Shown here piece after piece: positions 21,919 to 33,789 of a stretch of 64,000 nucleotides of DNA (position 1 is its first letter; every line of letters starts with the position of its first letter). The notes below the pieces were generated by a model that saw only the letters and a program-made list of their open reading frames with translations, was not told the origin of the DNA and searched no databases. The position numbers and the translations under genes are program-made. Origin of the DNA: Macrostomum hystrix (lineage: Eukaryota; Animalia; Platyhelminthes); assembly GCA_950097015.1 (NCBI GenBank), contig CATNEN010000038.1:1364001-1428000 (forward strand), read 5' to 3'.

Positions 21919-24900
21919 CTACGGCCGACTTAGTTCGACAATCTTCTGCGTCAACAGCATAAACTTCTCTGAAGTCTGGTAGCTAAGCTGCAGCATCATG
22001 TGCCTCACTCGCTTCAGCTGTTGCACCTGCGTGCTGTACTGCGCGAATGTGTACAGCTCTTCAAAGTCGCTTCCATAGTCGCTGCATAGTTGGTCGAACC
22101 AGGCCTCCAGGAAGGCGAGCCTCTGGTTGTACACACCAGCATCGTCTGCGGCCAGCAGGAGGTCCAGAGTCAGCGAGTTCACAAGCAGTGCAAAGTTGGC
22201 GAAGAACCGCTTGTCGTAGTAAATCATCTGAGCCGGGAACTGGTCCCTGAGCAGGGCGGTTGGCAGCCAGGCCAGTCGAATCGGCAGCTCGAAGCGCATT
22301 GAGAACTGCCATGCAGTGTCGTGACTGTGGCACGGTGATTTTATGAGTCATATAATCTGTTTTAATAGAGAAATAATTTTTCTTCAACAGCATTTCGCCA
22401 TGGGGTGTGGCAGAGCCGTTAACGCGTTTGCCTCTCGCACCAATGTCACTGAGCTCGATTCTGCGGCGAGGCCTCATTTATTTGGGGCGCAGCTGCGGAG
22501 AGAAGGCTTGGGGGCTTGTCGTGCAATTTACGCCAGTGAGGGTTAACCTCCAAGGCACAGTGGAAGTGTAACACTGCCTGACGATGAGAAAGTCAGATGT
22601 ACACACCTGTGTGCCTGCGTACAGTATTTGTGTGGTGGTGTTATCAGGAGTCAGCGAAATGGGTAGAATTGCCTCCTCGCTGACTGCGGGTCCATTTGCG
22701 GCCAAATGGTAATCCATTGCTAGCAGCCCTCCTGCGATTAATATTATCTCAGCATTTCGCCAACCTGCTCAGGAATTCATCCACACTGCCGTCGGCATCG
22801 CATGGAATGACCCGAGTAGCTTGACTGGGCCGCCAATGAAATCCATCACTGAGAAGCTGCTTAGCTTTGTACATGTCTCCATCTTTCACAGCGCAGAGAA
22901 TTTTTAAGGCCACGCGTGTGGTATAAGCCGCAACAGGCAGCTGATCCACTGCACTGCGGATCGCTGGCGACACCTTTTCCTCTTGAGCCAGCTCGTAGAC
23001 AGCCATTTTCACCACCAGGTAGATGTGGTGATACTCCAGTCTCTCTGGCAAGTCCGGTGTCTCCAGAAAGTACATCGGGATGAGGCGAAACGGATGGAAG
23101 TGAAAGGGCGCAGACTCGCCAATCGGTTGCAGGTTGAGCTGGTAGCCAATCAGGTGCCGGCGCAGGTCAGTCAAGGTTACTTGCACCGCATTGGCAGCTG
23201 TATAGCTGTCGCAGTCCTTGCGAAGGTAGACTAGCGCATCCGGCACAAAGAAGTGCTGCAGCAGGCCGGCTCCTGAGCCGAGGCAGTCGCGCAACAGCTC
23301 GAGCGATTCTCGAAGCAGCCTCTCCAGATTCTCCGGCCTCCAGCTCTGCTCCGGAAGAGTGCGAATCACGTGGAACAGTAGAGTCTTGGCGTGGTAGGAC
23401 TTCAGGCCTCGGCACCAGCTGCCCATTACCCGCTTGATGAGGTACTTCATGAGCACGAACAGCTGGCCCTGCAGACTGCTCAAAGAGCGCATAGCAGCAT
23501 TTTCTAAGAAAGTGGTGCTCACTCGCAGTTGCCAGGCCTCCCGGCCGGGACTGGAGGCCCGGATGAGGTGGCAGGACCAGGGTCGCAGCATCTCAGATCT
23601 GATGGACTCGAGCATCGTCTCTGGCAGATTGCCTGGCTCCTCCAGAAACTTTGACACCGGATAGCAGCAGCAGGGGACTGCGAAGGCAATGTCCATGTCT
23701 GGCCTGACCTGAGTGCCGCGTTCCGCTGTGGCTGGGTGTGACTCTGCGAATGGACAGGCGAGCGAAAAAGTTTTTTAGCTGTTCAGATGTTTTTCAGGAC
23801 TTGAAGTCTCGAGGCGTTGCACCAAAACTCCGACCGGTGGGGACCCAATAAAACCCTCAGTGTAACCGCTGCTGTTAAAGTCCCTCTTCTGGTGATCCAC
23901 CGCACGTCTTATCACACCCCATCTCAAGCCCTGTGCTCAAGAAATTCTCCTTTGCTCAAGCAAGTGCTCAAAAACTCAGGTAATTATGTCAATAGATGGT
24001 GCTTCTGGGGTAGTAATACGTCAGTCTTTATCGTAGCCGCATAATTTACTCACCGCTGAGTTCATCGATTTCCACGTGACCATTAGTCAGCCGGCTCATT
24101 ACTGTCCCAGCCTGCTCTCCACAGGTGCAAAGACCGCCAATGTGGTAGCGACTTCCGCTCAGGCAGGTCAGATCGATGTCCGAGTCGGCACCGATGGTAC
24201 CGTCCAGTCTTTCTAAGCAGCAGCCCCAACCTTCAGCGAAGCTGCCAACCAGTCGATGATCAGTTTGGTTCAGGAAGCTCCTGCTGATGAACTCCAAGGC
24301 TTTAGCCAGCGCTGACTGCTTCGCAGCCCGGCGATCTGTGAAGCCGGCTTCTCGCATGCGCTGATGCAGCTGCCAGCTGAACTGGCTCTCAGGAAGATTC
24401 AGCCTGGGGGTGGGGTTCATTGGTAGCTGTAAAATTGGTACCAACATCAGCTGAAGTAGAACTTTGGGCTGATATAGCGATTACCCAGTCCACGGACTGT
24501 GACAAAGAAAGCACCACTTTTTGCTAGTCCTACTTGCTTTTACTATTCCATTTTGCCTGTGTGACTCTCAGGAATTTTGCTTCTAAAATCAGTTCGCAAC
24601 AAGGACTCACAACTCTTTGAGCTGTCCATCTTCATCCGAGCCGGACGCAGCAGCCGCCACAAACCCTGGGTCAATCATCGCGTCCTCGAGCGACAATGAT
24701 TGCTCTCCATGGCAACTCGGCCGCGGGTGCACCAGTAGCAGCCGCAGGACGTCTCGATGTCGATTCCTGGCCGCATTTTCCACCGGCGTGCAGCCCAGAC
24801 GTCGGTCTCGAGCGTCAACTGCGGCACCCCCAGCCAGCAGCAGCTTGGCAACTTCAGTGTGACCATTGTGGGCCGCAATCCACAGCGGCGTCTCGCCATT

Positions 24901-25699
24901 GTTGCTGGCCAAGTCAACTGCCGCACCAGCGTCTAGCAGCGCGGCAGCAACTCTGTGGTGGCCCAGCTGGCTTGCGAACCACAGCGCCGACCTGCCCAAC
25001 GAGTTCACTGAGTTCACCTCCGCGCCAGCCGCTAAGAGGCTTCGAGTCATTGTGGGGCCGACTGACAAGCTGGCAATCCACAGTGCTGACTCTCCGCCAT
25101 TCCTTTGGCTGTTGACATCTGCACCTGCAATCGGAGTGAATGCACGAGGGAAATTCCTTTGTAGGTTTCTTAGAAGCATCCCACGTGATGGACAAATGCA
25201 TATTTTTATCCCCACCGTTTGACGCCAGCAGCAGCAGGTCCACAACTTCTCCGTTGCCCCTGCAGGCGGCTGACCAAAGCGGATTGACTCCAGCATGGTT
25301 GCTCAGATCCAGCCGAGCTCCGTTCTCAAGCAGCAGCTGCGCAAGCCGCAGGTGGTCATTGCCCGCAGCGATCCACAGGACGCTCTCGCCGCTGCGTCTC
25401 TGGCAGTCGACATCGGCACCAACGGCTAGCAACAGCCTGGCAACGCCCAGGTGACCATTCTGCCCGGCAATCCACAGCGGAGTCTCGCCGCGCTCGTTGC
25501 GACAATCGGCGTCGGCCCCGGCGACCAGCAGCGCTCGCGCAACATCCGCCGCCCCCGAGTTGGCAGCCAGCCACAATGGCGTCTCGCCTCGCTCATTGCG
25601 ACAGTCCGCTGATGCCGACTGCAGCAGACTTCGGGCTTCAACGATGTCACCAGCCAATGCGGCTTGGAGCAGCTGACGCTCGATGGACGCCAGATTTAA
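21919..25699 (-). CDS. Ankyrin-repeat / Mab-21 (cGAS-like receptor, cGLR) nucleotidyltransferase, 5 exons: 25699-25216, 25124-24611, 24403-24054, 23743-22765, 22324-21919 (~910 aa; start codon unresolved)
   Basis: About 8 ankyrin repeats (GETPLW..A..G...V..LL..GA.V); NTase motifs LVGSFAEG, DSDID, MDIAFAV; Mab-21 motifs CHLI, LRVSTTFLE, LMKYL, LKSYHAKTLLF, W..ENL, LQHFFVP; splice phases compatible (2733 nt). Confidence 0.88.
22400..22748 (+). mobile_element. SINE family A, near full length, in the last cGLR intron
   Basis: GTGGCAGAGCCGTTAACGCG...GCTCGATTCTGCGGCGAGG; family body; ATTAATATTAT tail. Confidence 0.8.
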
Positions 25700-25950
25700 C
25701 TGCCTATTTTTTTCAAACCAGCCACTTTGCCAAATATGTGATAAGTGACACGTGATAGCTGCCTAATTTTAATATTTGACACTGTGACAGTTCGCCAACA
25801 AGTGTATATGAGTGTCCAAGATTTACAATCTCACGGGAATGTATAGGACTGTACAAGAGTCGCAATCTCACAGGAGTGTATTGGAGCATACACTCTCACA
25901 GAAGTGTATAGGAGTGTACACTCTTCAGGAGTGTGTATGAGTGTACAAGA

Positions 25951-26607
25951 TGTATATAAGGTTAGATGAGGACACGCCCTGAGCCACCCTTTCATTACAG
26001 CGCAAACGCGGCCCGGACCGAGAGCAAAAACTGGTTTGAACCGGCCCGCGGGGGAGACTGAGGAGGAGCCGACCTGGACCCCACCTGGGACCGCACAAGA
26101 AGACTGGATCGATGAAGGGGAAGGAGAATGAACAGGAGGAAAGAGGTCTCGGTAGTAGCGGGAACACTTCCTAACTCAGCTAATGCGTTTTCAGGACGGT
26201 TCCCACTACCATAGAAAAGGGGTTGGTGCGCCTACCAACCAGCTAGTTAATGCTAATGACTGTACAAGATTTGAGGCTGCGACCTCGTTCATGACTAGTC
26301 ATCTTGCGTGCTGTTCATCCCCTCGGTTTTGAGAATATTACTCGTATATAAGTCGGAGCGGAGCGCGGAAAAACGGACCGCCGCGATTTTATTAGAGAGC
26401 TAGTCTAGAAAATATTTGCTGTGTTTGTGTTCTTTCTTGGTCCGATATCCGATCACAGAGGTCTAGAAGGGAATTATAGCCGCCAGCCGGGGTACTGAGG
26501 ATCGATAGTCGTTAGTAGTTATAGCCTTCAAGTCATCGAGTGCCACAAACCGCTAGACTACATATAGAAAAACATAAAGCAGAAGACAAATCTTGAAGAC
26601 CTACACA
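25951..26607 (+). mobile_element. Possible solo LTR inserted in a degenerate ~33-bp repeat
   Basis: Begins TGTA and ends CA, internal TATATAA; flanked on both sides by GTACACTCTCACAGGAGTGTATAGGAGTGTACA-like units; no clear TSD. Confidence 0.3.
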
Positions 26608-27144
26608 TTCAAAATTTTAACCGCTATGTACACTCTCACAGGAGTGTATAGGAGTGTACAAGGTGTGAAATCACTCACATGTTGTCTGTGGGTGCCGAAA
26701 TGCCATTTTTATTGAAAAACTAACTTGAGGAAGCAGACGGTTTCAGGAAATATTTCTGAGAGATATTTATAATACAATGATGCTCTATACCTTCTGTTCG
26801 CATCTTTTTATGATCTCGTCTGCCCAACTTTTTTATCTACGAGTAAACGCGCTGGCTAGTTACTTCGCTGAAAAACACACTTCGCCATTCGAAGTGTAAT
26901 TATAGCAAGTGCATCAGTTGCTTACCAATTTAATTACCACTCCATAAAACCACCCGACCTTTCTTGTATGATGTGTTTTTGCATCGTATAGTGACCTGTC
27001 TGTTGTCTCTAACTAGCTGAGCATGTCTGCAAAATACAGTCGTACTATTCGTTTAATTAGCCCTCTCAACGAGCTCACTTGTCCTGTTGTATTAGACTTC
27101 AATAATACCCTTCTATACGTCTCTAGGTTAAGGGCTACAGATAT

Positions 27145-28478
27145 ATGGGTTTAGAATTGAGGGATTTGGGATTGAGGGGTTTTGGATTGAGCTGTTTGGG
27201 ATTGAGGGGTTTGGGATTGAGGGATTTGGAATTGAAGGGTTTGGGTTAAGGGGTTACGTTTGAGGGGTTTGGGATTGAGGGGTTGGGGATTGAAGGGTTT
27301 GGGATTTAGTAGTTTGGGATTGAGGGGTTTGGGATTGAGTGGTTTGGGATTTAGTGGTTTGGGATTGAAGGGTTTGGGTTGAAGGGGTTACGTTTGAGGG
27401 GTTTGGGATTGAGGGGTTGGGGATTGAAGGGTTTGGGGTTGAGGGGTTCGAGATTGAGGGTTTAGGATTAAAGAGTTTAGGATTGAGGGGTTTGGGATTG
27501 AAGAGTTTGGGATTTAGTGGTTTGGGATTGAGGGGTTTGGGATTGAGGGGTTTGGGATTGAGGGGTTGGGGATTGAGGGGTTTGGAATTGAGGGGTTGGG
27601 GATTGAGGGGTTTGGAATTGAGGGGTTGGGGATTGAGGGTTTAGGATTAAAGAGTTTAGGATTGAAGGGTTTTGGATTGAAGAGTTTGCGATTTAGTGGT
27701 TTGGGATTGAGGGGTTCGGGATTGAGGAATTCGGGATTGAGGGGTTGGGGATTGAGGCGTTTGGGATTGAAGCGTTTGGGATTGAGGGGATCGGGATTGA
27801 GGAATTCGGGATTGAGGGGTTGGGGATTGAGGCGTTTGGGATTGAAGCGTTTGGGATTGAGCGGTTTGGGATTGAGGGGTTTGGGATTAAGTGGTTTGGG
27901 ATTGAGGGGTTTGGGATTGAAGGGTTTGGGTTGAAGGGGTTACGTTTGAGGGGTTTGGGATTAAGGGGTTGGGGATTTAGTGGTTTGGGATTGAGGGGTT
28001 TGGGATTGAGGGGTTTGGGATTGAAGGGTTTGGGTTGAAGGGGTTACGTTTGAGGGGTTTGGGATTGAGTGGTTGGGGATTGAAGGGTTTGGGGTTCAGG
28101 GGTTCGAGATTGAGGGTTTAGGATTAAATAGTTTAGGATTGAGGGGTTTGGGATTGAGGGGTTGGGGATTGAGGGGTTTGGAATTGAGTGGTTTGGGATT
28201 GAGGGGTTTGGGATTTAGTGGTTTGGGATTGAGGGGTTTGGAATTGAGGGGTTGGGGATTGAAGGGTTTGGTGTTGAGGGGTTCGAGATTGAGGATTTTG
28301 GATTAAAGAGTTTAGGATTGAGGGGTTTGGGATTGAAGAGTTTGGGATTTAGTGGCTTGTGATTGAGGGGTTTGTGATTGAGCGGTTTGGAATTGAGGGG
28401 GTGGGCATTGAAGGGTTTGGGGTTGAAGGGGTCACGATTGAAGGGTATGGGATTGAGGGGTTGGGGTTGGGGTTTTGG
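27145..28478. repeat. G-rich minisatellite, ~15-bp unit GAGGGGTTTGGGATT, ~85 degenerate copies
   Basis: Direct repeats with G3-G4 runs. Confidence 0.95.
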
Positions 28479-28707
28479 GCTTGCAATTAAAAGTCGAAAT
28501 GATATTCTGTTGATTGGTACGAATGTTAACAGTAAAATTTTTATTGTCTTGCACAAAATACACTCGTGGTTAAATATAGTTAGTGCATAATTTATTTACG
28601 TACTCGTTCATTGGAGTCATGATAATTAGGCATACAGGGGTAGTTCGTCAGTTGCACTTTCCATTGCGCACAATAAATGGTAATTTGTAAACTCGGAGAT
28701 TGACAGG

Positions 28708-31700
28708 TCAGTGCTTCTTGAACCAGCGCTTTCCAGTCACGTCGCCTGCCTGCATTGTCTGGAATCGATCGGAATCAGAGCCGAACACTGATTAGAGAGA
28801 AACTCACCGACACAGTCATATCCATTCCTATTCCCATCTCTGCTTTTCCTCTCCCTTCTATTATTTTCTAACCTATTCTGCTCCTTTCAATTGCTCTTCC
28901 TATTCCTCTTCCTATTCCTATTCCTCTTCGCATTCCTATTCCTCTTCGCATTCCTCTTGCCTATTCCTATTCCTCTTCCTATTCCTCTTCCTATTCCTCT
29001 TCGCATTCCTATTCCTCTTCCTATTCCTCTTCGCATTCCTATTCCTCTTCCTATTCCTATTCCTCTTCGCATTCCTATTCCTATTCGCATTCCTCTTCCT
29101 ATTCCTCTTCCCATTCCTATTCCTATTCGCATTCCTCTTCCTATTCCTCTTCCCATTCCTCTTCCTATTCCTATTCCTCTTCCTCTTCCTCTTCCCATTC
29201 CTATTCCTCTTCCTTTTCCTCTTCCAGCTATTCCTCTTCGCATTCCTCTTCCCATTCTTATTCCTCTTCCCATTCCTCTTTCCATTTCTCTTCCCATTCC
29301 TCTTCGCATTCCTCTTCGCATTCCTCTTCGCATTCCTCTTCCTATTCCTCTTCGCATTCCTCTTCGCATTCCTCTTCGCATTCCTCTTGCCTATTCCTAT
29401 TCCTCTTCCAATTCCTCTTCGCATTCCTATTCCTCTTCCTTTTCCTCTTCCAGCTATTCCTCTTCGCATTCCTCTTCCCATTCCTCTTTCCATTTCTCTT
29501 CCTATTCCTCTTCGCATTCCTATTCCTCTTCCTATTCCTCTTCGCATTCCTATTCCTCTTCCTATTCCTATTCCTCTTCGCATTCCTATTCCTCTTCCTA
29601 TTCCTCTTCCCATTCCTATTCCTATTCGCATTCCTCTTCCTATTCCTCTTCCCATTCCTCTTCCTATTCCTATTCCTCTTCCTCTTCCTCTTCCTATTCC
29701 TCTTCCCATTCCTATTCCTCTTCCTTTTCCTCTTCCAGCTATTCCTCTTCGCATTCCTCTTCCCATTCTTATTCCTCTTCCCATTCCTCTTTCCATTTCT
29801 CTTCCCATTCCTCTTCGCATTCCTCTTCGCATTCCTCTTCGCATTCCTCTTCCTATTCCTCTTCGCATTCCTCTTCGCATTCCTCTTCGCATTCCTCTTG
29901 CCTATTCCTATTCCTCTTCCAATTCCTCTTCGCATTCCTATTCCTCTTCCTTTTCCTCTTCCAGCTATTCCTCTTCGCATTCCTCTTCCCATTCTTATTC
30001 CTCTTCCCATTCCTCTTTCCATTTCTCTTCCCATTCCTCTTCGCATTCCTCTTCGCATTCCTCTTCGCATTCCTCTTCCTATTCCTCTTCGCATTCCTCT
30101 TCGCATTCCTCTTCGCATTCCTCTTCCTATTCCTCTTCGCATTCCTCTTCGCATTCCTCTTCGCATTCCTCTTGCCTATTCCTATTCCTCTTCCTTTTCC
30201 TCTTCCAGCTATTCCTCTTCGCATTCCTCTTCCCATTCCTCTTCCTATTCCTCTTCCTATTCCTCTTCCTATTCCTCTTCCTTTTCCTCTTCCTATTCCT
30301 CTTTGCATTCCTCTTGCCTATTCCTATTCCTCTTCCTATTCCTCTTCCTATTCCTCTTCGCATTCCTATTCCTCTTCCTATTCCTCTTCGCATTCCTATT
30401 CCTCTTCCTATTCCTATTCCTCTTCGCATTCCTATTCCTCTTCCTATTCCTCTTCCCATTCCTATTCCTATTCGCATTCCTCTTCCTATTCCTCTTCCCA
30501 TTCCTCTTCCTATTCCTATTCCTCTTCCTCTTCCTCTTCCTATTCCTCTTCCCATTCCTATTCCTCTTCTTTTTCCTCTTCCAGCTATTCCTCTTCGCAT
30601 TCCTCTTCCCATTCTTATTCCTCTTCCCATTCCTCTTTCCATTTCTCTTCCCATTCCTCTTCGCATTCCTCTTCGCATTCCTCTTCGCATTCCTCTTCCT
30701 ATTCCTCTTCGCATTCCTCTTCGCATTCCTCTTGCCTATTCCTATTCCTCTTCCAATTCCTCTTCGCATTCCTATTCCTCTTCCTATTCCTCTTCGCATT
30801 CCTATTCCTCTTCCTATTCCTCTTCCCATTCCTATTCCTCTTCGCATTCCTCTTGCCTATTCCTATTCGCACTCCTCTTCCTATTCCTCTTCCCATTCCT
30901 CTTCCTCTTCCTCTTCCTATTCCTCTTCCCATTCCTTTTCCTATTCCATTTTCTCTTCCTTAACCTATTCCTATTCCTCTTCCTCTTCCCATTCCTCTGA
31001 TTGCGGTCCCCAGTTTCACACCATGAGCATTTCGCCATTGTCCAGAATCTCGCGTATCTGCCTGGCCTCCCCAGTTTTGGGATCTATGCCCGGCTTGGCA
31101 ATGTGGATGACCAGCTTGCCGTTATCCCACTCGGCCAGGCAGTCCTGTTCGTTGCCGTGGGGCGGCTTGAACCGGCAGACTGCTCCCAAGGTCAGCTCCT
31201 GCTCCATTTTAGTCATCATGACCTTCGTGGTCACGCGTAGCCGCTTGTCATCCACGCGTTCGATGGTCATTGTTGGGTTGGTCTTGTCCGACATCTGCTG
31301 GGCCAGCCAGGGCGCCCCTAGGCAAATTTGTGAGTGAATTTTCTCTGTTTGACACTGTTGTTCGCTGTTAGACACAGTTGTTTGCTGTTAGACACAGTTG
31401 TTCGCTGTTAGACACAGTTGTTCGCTGTTAGACACTGTTGTTCGCTGTTAGACACTGTTGTTTGCTGTTAGACACAGTTGTTCGCTGTTAGACACTGTTG
31501 TTCGCTGTTAGACACAGTTGTTTGCTGTTAGACACTGTTGTTCGCTGTTAGACACAGTTGTTTGCTGTTAGACACTGTTGTTCGCTGTTTGACTATTGTT
31601 GGATATTAAACACTGCTGTTCAAGGTTAGATATTCATTTTCTATTTTCGACAGATTCTTTCAAATTTCAAATAACTGTTAGACAGGTTTCTGTCTATAAG

Positions 31701-31888
31701 AAAAGATTGTTCACTGTTAGACACTAGTGTTTACTGTTAGACACAAGTTTTCAGTGTTAGATAGAACCGCTTGGTGTTAGACCAATCAGCCCTGTTGTTC
31801 CTGTCTCACCAGCTTTCTCCATAACAGCTTTGATGTTCTCACTCTTGTAGGACTCCCATTTTCCGTAAAGGGCCGGATTTTCACTCAT
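28708..31888 (-). CDS. Fatty-acid-binding protein (FABP/iLBP family), 3 exons: 31888-31810, 31317-31022, 28758-28708 (141 aa)
   Basis: GKWESYKSEN N-terminal motif, P-T-M-T-I, REI, terminal KRWFKK; phase-1 then phase-0 introns; 426 nt in total. Confidence 0.88.
28823..30998. repeat. Pyrimidine-rich hexamer satellite (CCTATT/CCTCTT/CGCATT/CCCATT) with higher-order repeat structure, filling FABP intron 2
   Basis: Hexamer mosaic; marker blocks such as CCTCTTGCCTATT...CCAATT...CCAGCT recur ~511 bp apart (29382, 29894). Confidence 0.95.
31348..31600. repeat. Intronic minisatellite, 20-bp unit TTCGCTGTTAGACACAGTTG, ~12 copies
   Basis: Direct repeats next to the FABP exon 2 acceptor. Confidence 0.95.
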
Positions 31889-32286
31889 ATCTGTATGCGG
31901 TTGTTTCATAAATAAAAAATAACAGAAATTCAGAGACAGCTTCAAGTCTGAGAGCGGCATTTTTATAGCCAATTTTTAGTTTGTAATGTGCGATTCACTC
32001 GAGTGTGTTTTTGTAGACTTACTGAAATGTTGGCTGCAATTTCAGGCTCAGGTAAAGCCCGCCTTACACACTTACCGCAACTCGAGCGAAGACCCGCTGG
32101 TATTTTTAATTACAGTGCGCGAAAAAGCAAAAAAAGTAAGACAAAGTCTCTCCAACAAGAGATTTTCCCAGGAAATAGAACTTGTTGGACATATTTTGAA
32201 TAGCCATTGCAAGTAATATCTAATTTCGAGGGGCAGACTTCGGTAGCACACAATGTCATCTAAATATATACCACTGCGAATACGTG

Positions 32287-32583
<297 letters not shown>

Positions 32584-32692
32584 TGAAGGCATTCAGTTCT
32601 TGTTGAAACTGTATGACAAAACAAAGAAGCATAAAAGTAGTAAGATGGTTAGTTAGTTCTGATTTTTAGCATGTGAGTGAGCTATAATCGCG

Positions 32693-33613
32693 TCAGAGAA
32701 AGCCCGTATTGAGCATGTAGTGCTCATAGCAGCAGGCCCTACTCAGCCCGTCAATCGACGATTTAAAGTAGTTCGACTTTGGGTTCTCGTGCCACAGCCA
32801 GGTGCGAAAGCCGGCTCTGAACAGGCCGAGCCAGGCTCTAATCAGCCGGGAAAAATCCGACCGCCTGCCCAGCATCTCCTCGGCGTGAGACTCGAACATG
32901 AGCTGCTTCACCTGGGCCAGGCAGCCATCACGCAGGGCCGCATCGAAGCTGTCCCACTCCCAATGCTCAATGTCCACCTTGAGTATGTCAATTGGCTTGT
33001 TCTCGTAGCCGAGTTGTCTAAAGAGGCTGCACAGACTCCGCATAGTCCAGCCGTTCGATGGCATGACGTAGTTCTTGTCTGCCAGGCCGATCCGGTAGAA
33101 CCAGGAGGTGTTGCGCCTGCGGTGATGCTCCACATCCTTCATGCTGGGATCGAACATGTACACCCGGCAATGATACTTGTCCGCCAGAGCGTCGTCAAAC
33201 TCGTAGACGTAGTTGACGCCGAATGAGAAGGCCACACAGGGGCCCCGCCTGATGTCGAACTGGCCAGACAGGCACACGTCCCAGCCGCCATCTCCCGTAT
33301 TGCCGATTCGGCGCGAGTTCAAACAATCAACTTGCGTGTGACGCAGAATGGAATAGTATAGCTGCTCCAGCTGGCCGTGAGTCATGTTGACCATAGAGGT
33401 CTCGATAAGTGACAAAAATCTGGCTTCCATCCGAGTTGGTCGAGGCCATTCATTTGCGTCTGCTCGTTGATTGACTTTTGGAATTGCCAGCTGCACAGTC
33501 AAGTTCGTCTTCATTTGCTTCCAGGCTGTTAAAATAACAGCTGCTGCTGCTAGTATAATGAGGCCGAATATTAGCGGACGCTTTAACAAGATTAACTGGC
33601 TAACCAGCTGCAT
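32693..33613 (-). CDS. METTL24-like / FkbM-family SAM-dependent methyltransferase with N-terminal TM anchor, apparently intronless
   Basis: RIGNTGDGGWDVC, CVAFSFGV...EFD, CRVYMFDPS, IDILKVDIEHWEW, VKQLMFESH, CCYE motifs. Confidence 0.85.
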   Translation of the reverse strand: MQLVSQLILLKRPLIFGLIILAAAAVILTAWKQMKTNLTVQLAIPKVNQRADANEWPRPTRMEARFLSLIETSMVNMTHGQLEQLYYSILRHTQVDCLNSRRIGNTGDGGWDVCLSGQFDIRRGPCVAFSFGVNYVYEFDDALADKYHCRVYMFDPSMKDVEHHRRRNTSWFYRIGLADKNYVMPSNGWTMRSLCSLFRQLGYENKPIDILKVDIEHWEWDSFDAALRDGCLAQVKQLMFESHAEEMLGRRSDFSRLIRAWLGLFRAGFRTWLWHENPKSNYFKSSIDGLSRACCYEHYMLNTGFL

Positions 33614-33789
33614 GACGCTCACTGCCTGGCTCGTAAAAATTGTCAATCAGTTCGGATTTGAGCGTCTTTCGTCTCAAGCCAATAGGATTTATGACATACG
33701 CTACCGTATCGAATGCGTCATTTGACCTGCGTACCCACGTGAATTTTGCACCCTTTCTACTGACTACCGCCACGAGCGTACTTTGACGA

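Noticed and set aside
27145-28478. Interstitial telomere
   Set aside because: The unit is a ~15-mer GAGGGGTTTGGGATT, not (TTAGGG)n
28887-31000. 690-, 537- and 479-aa ORFs (IPLP/SSYS/RGMG repeats)
   Set aside because: Translation of a hexamer satellite inside FABP intron 2
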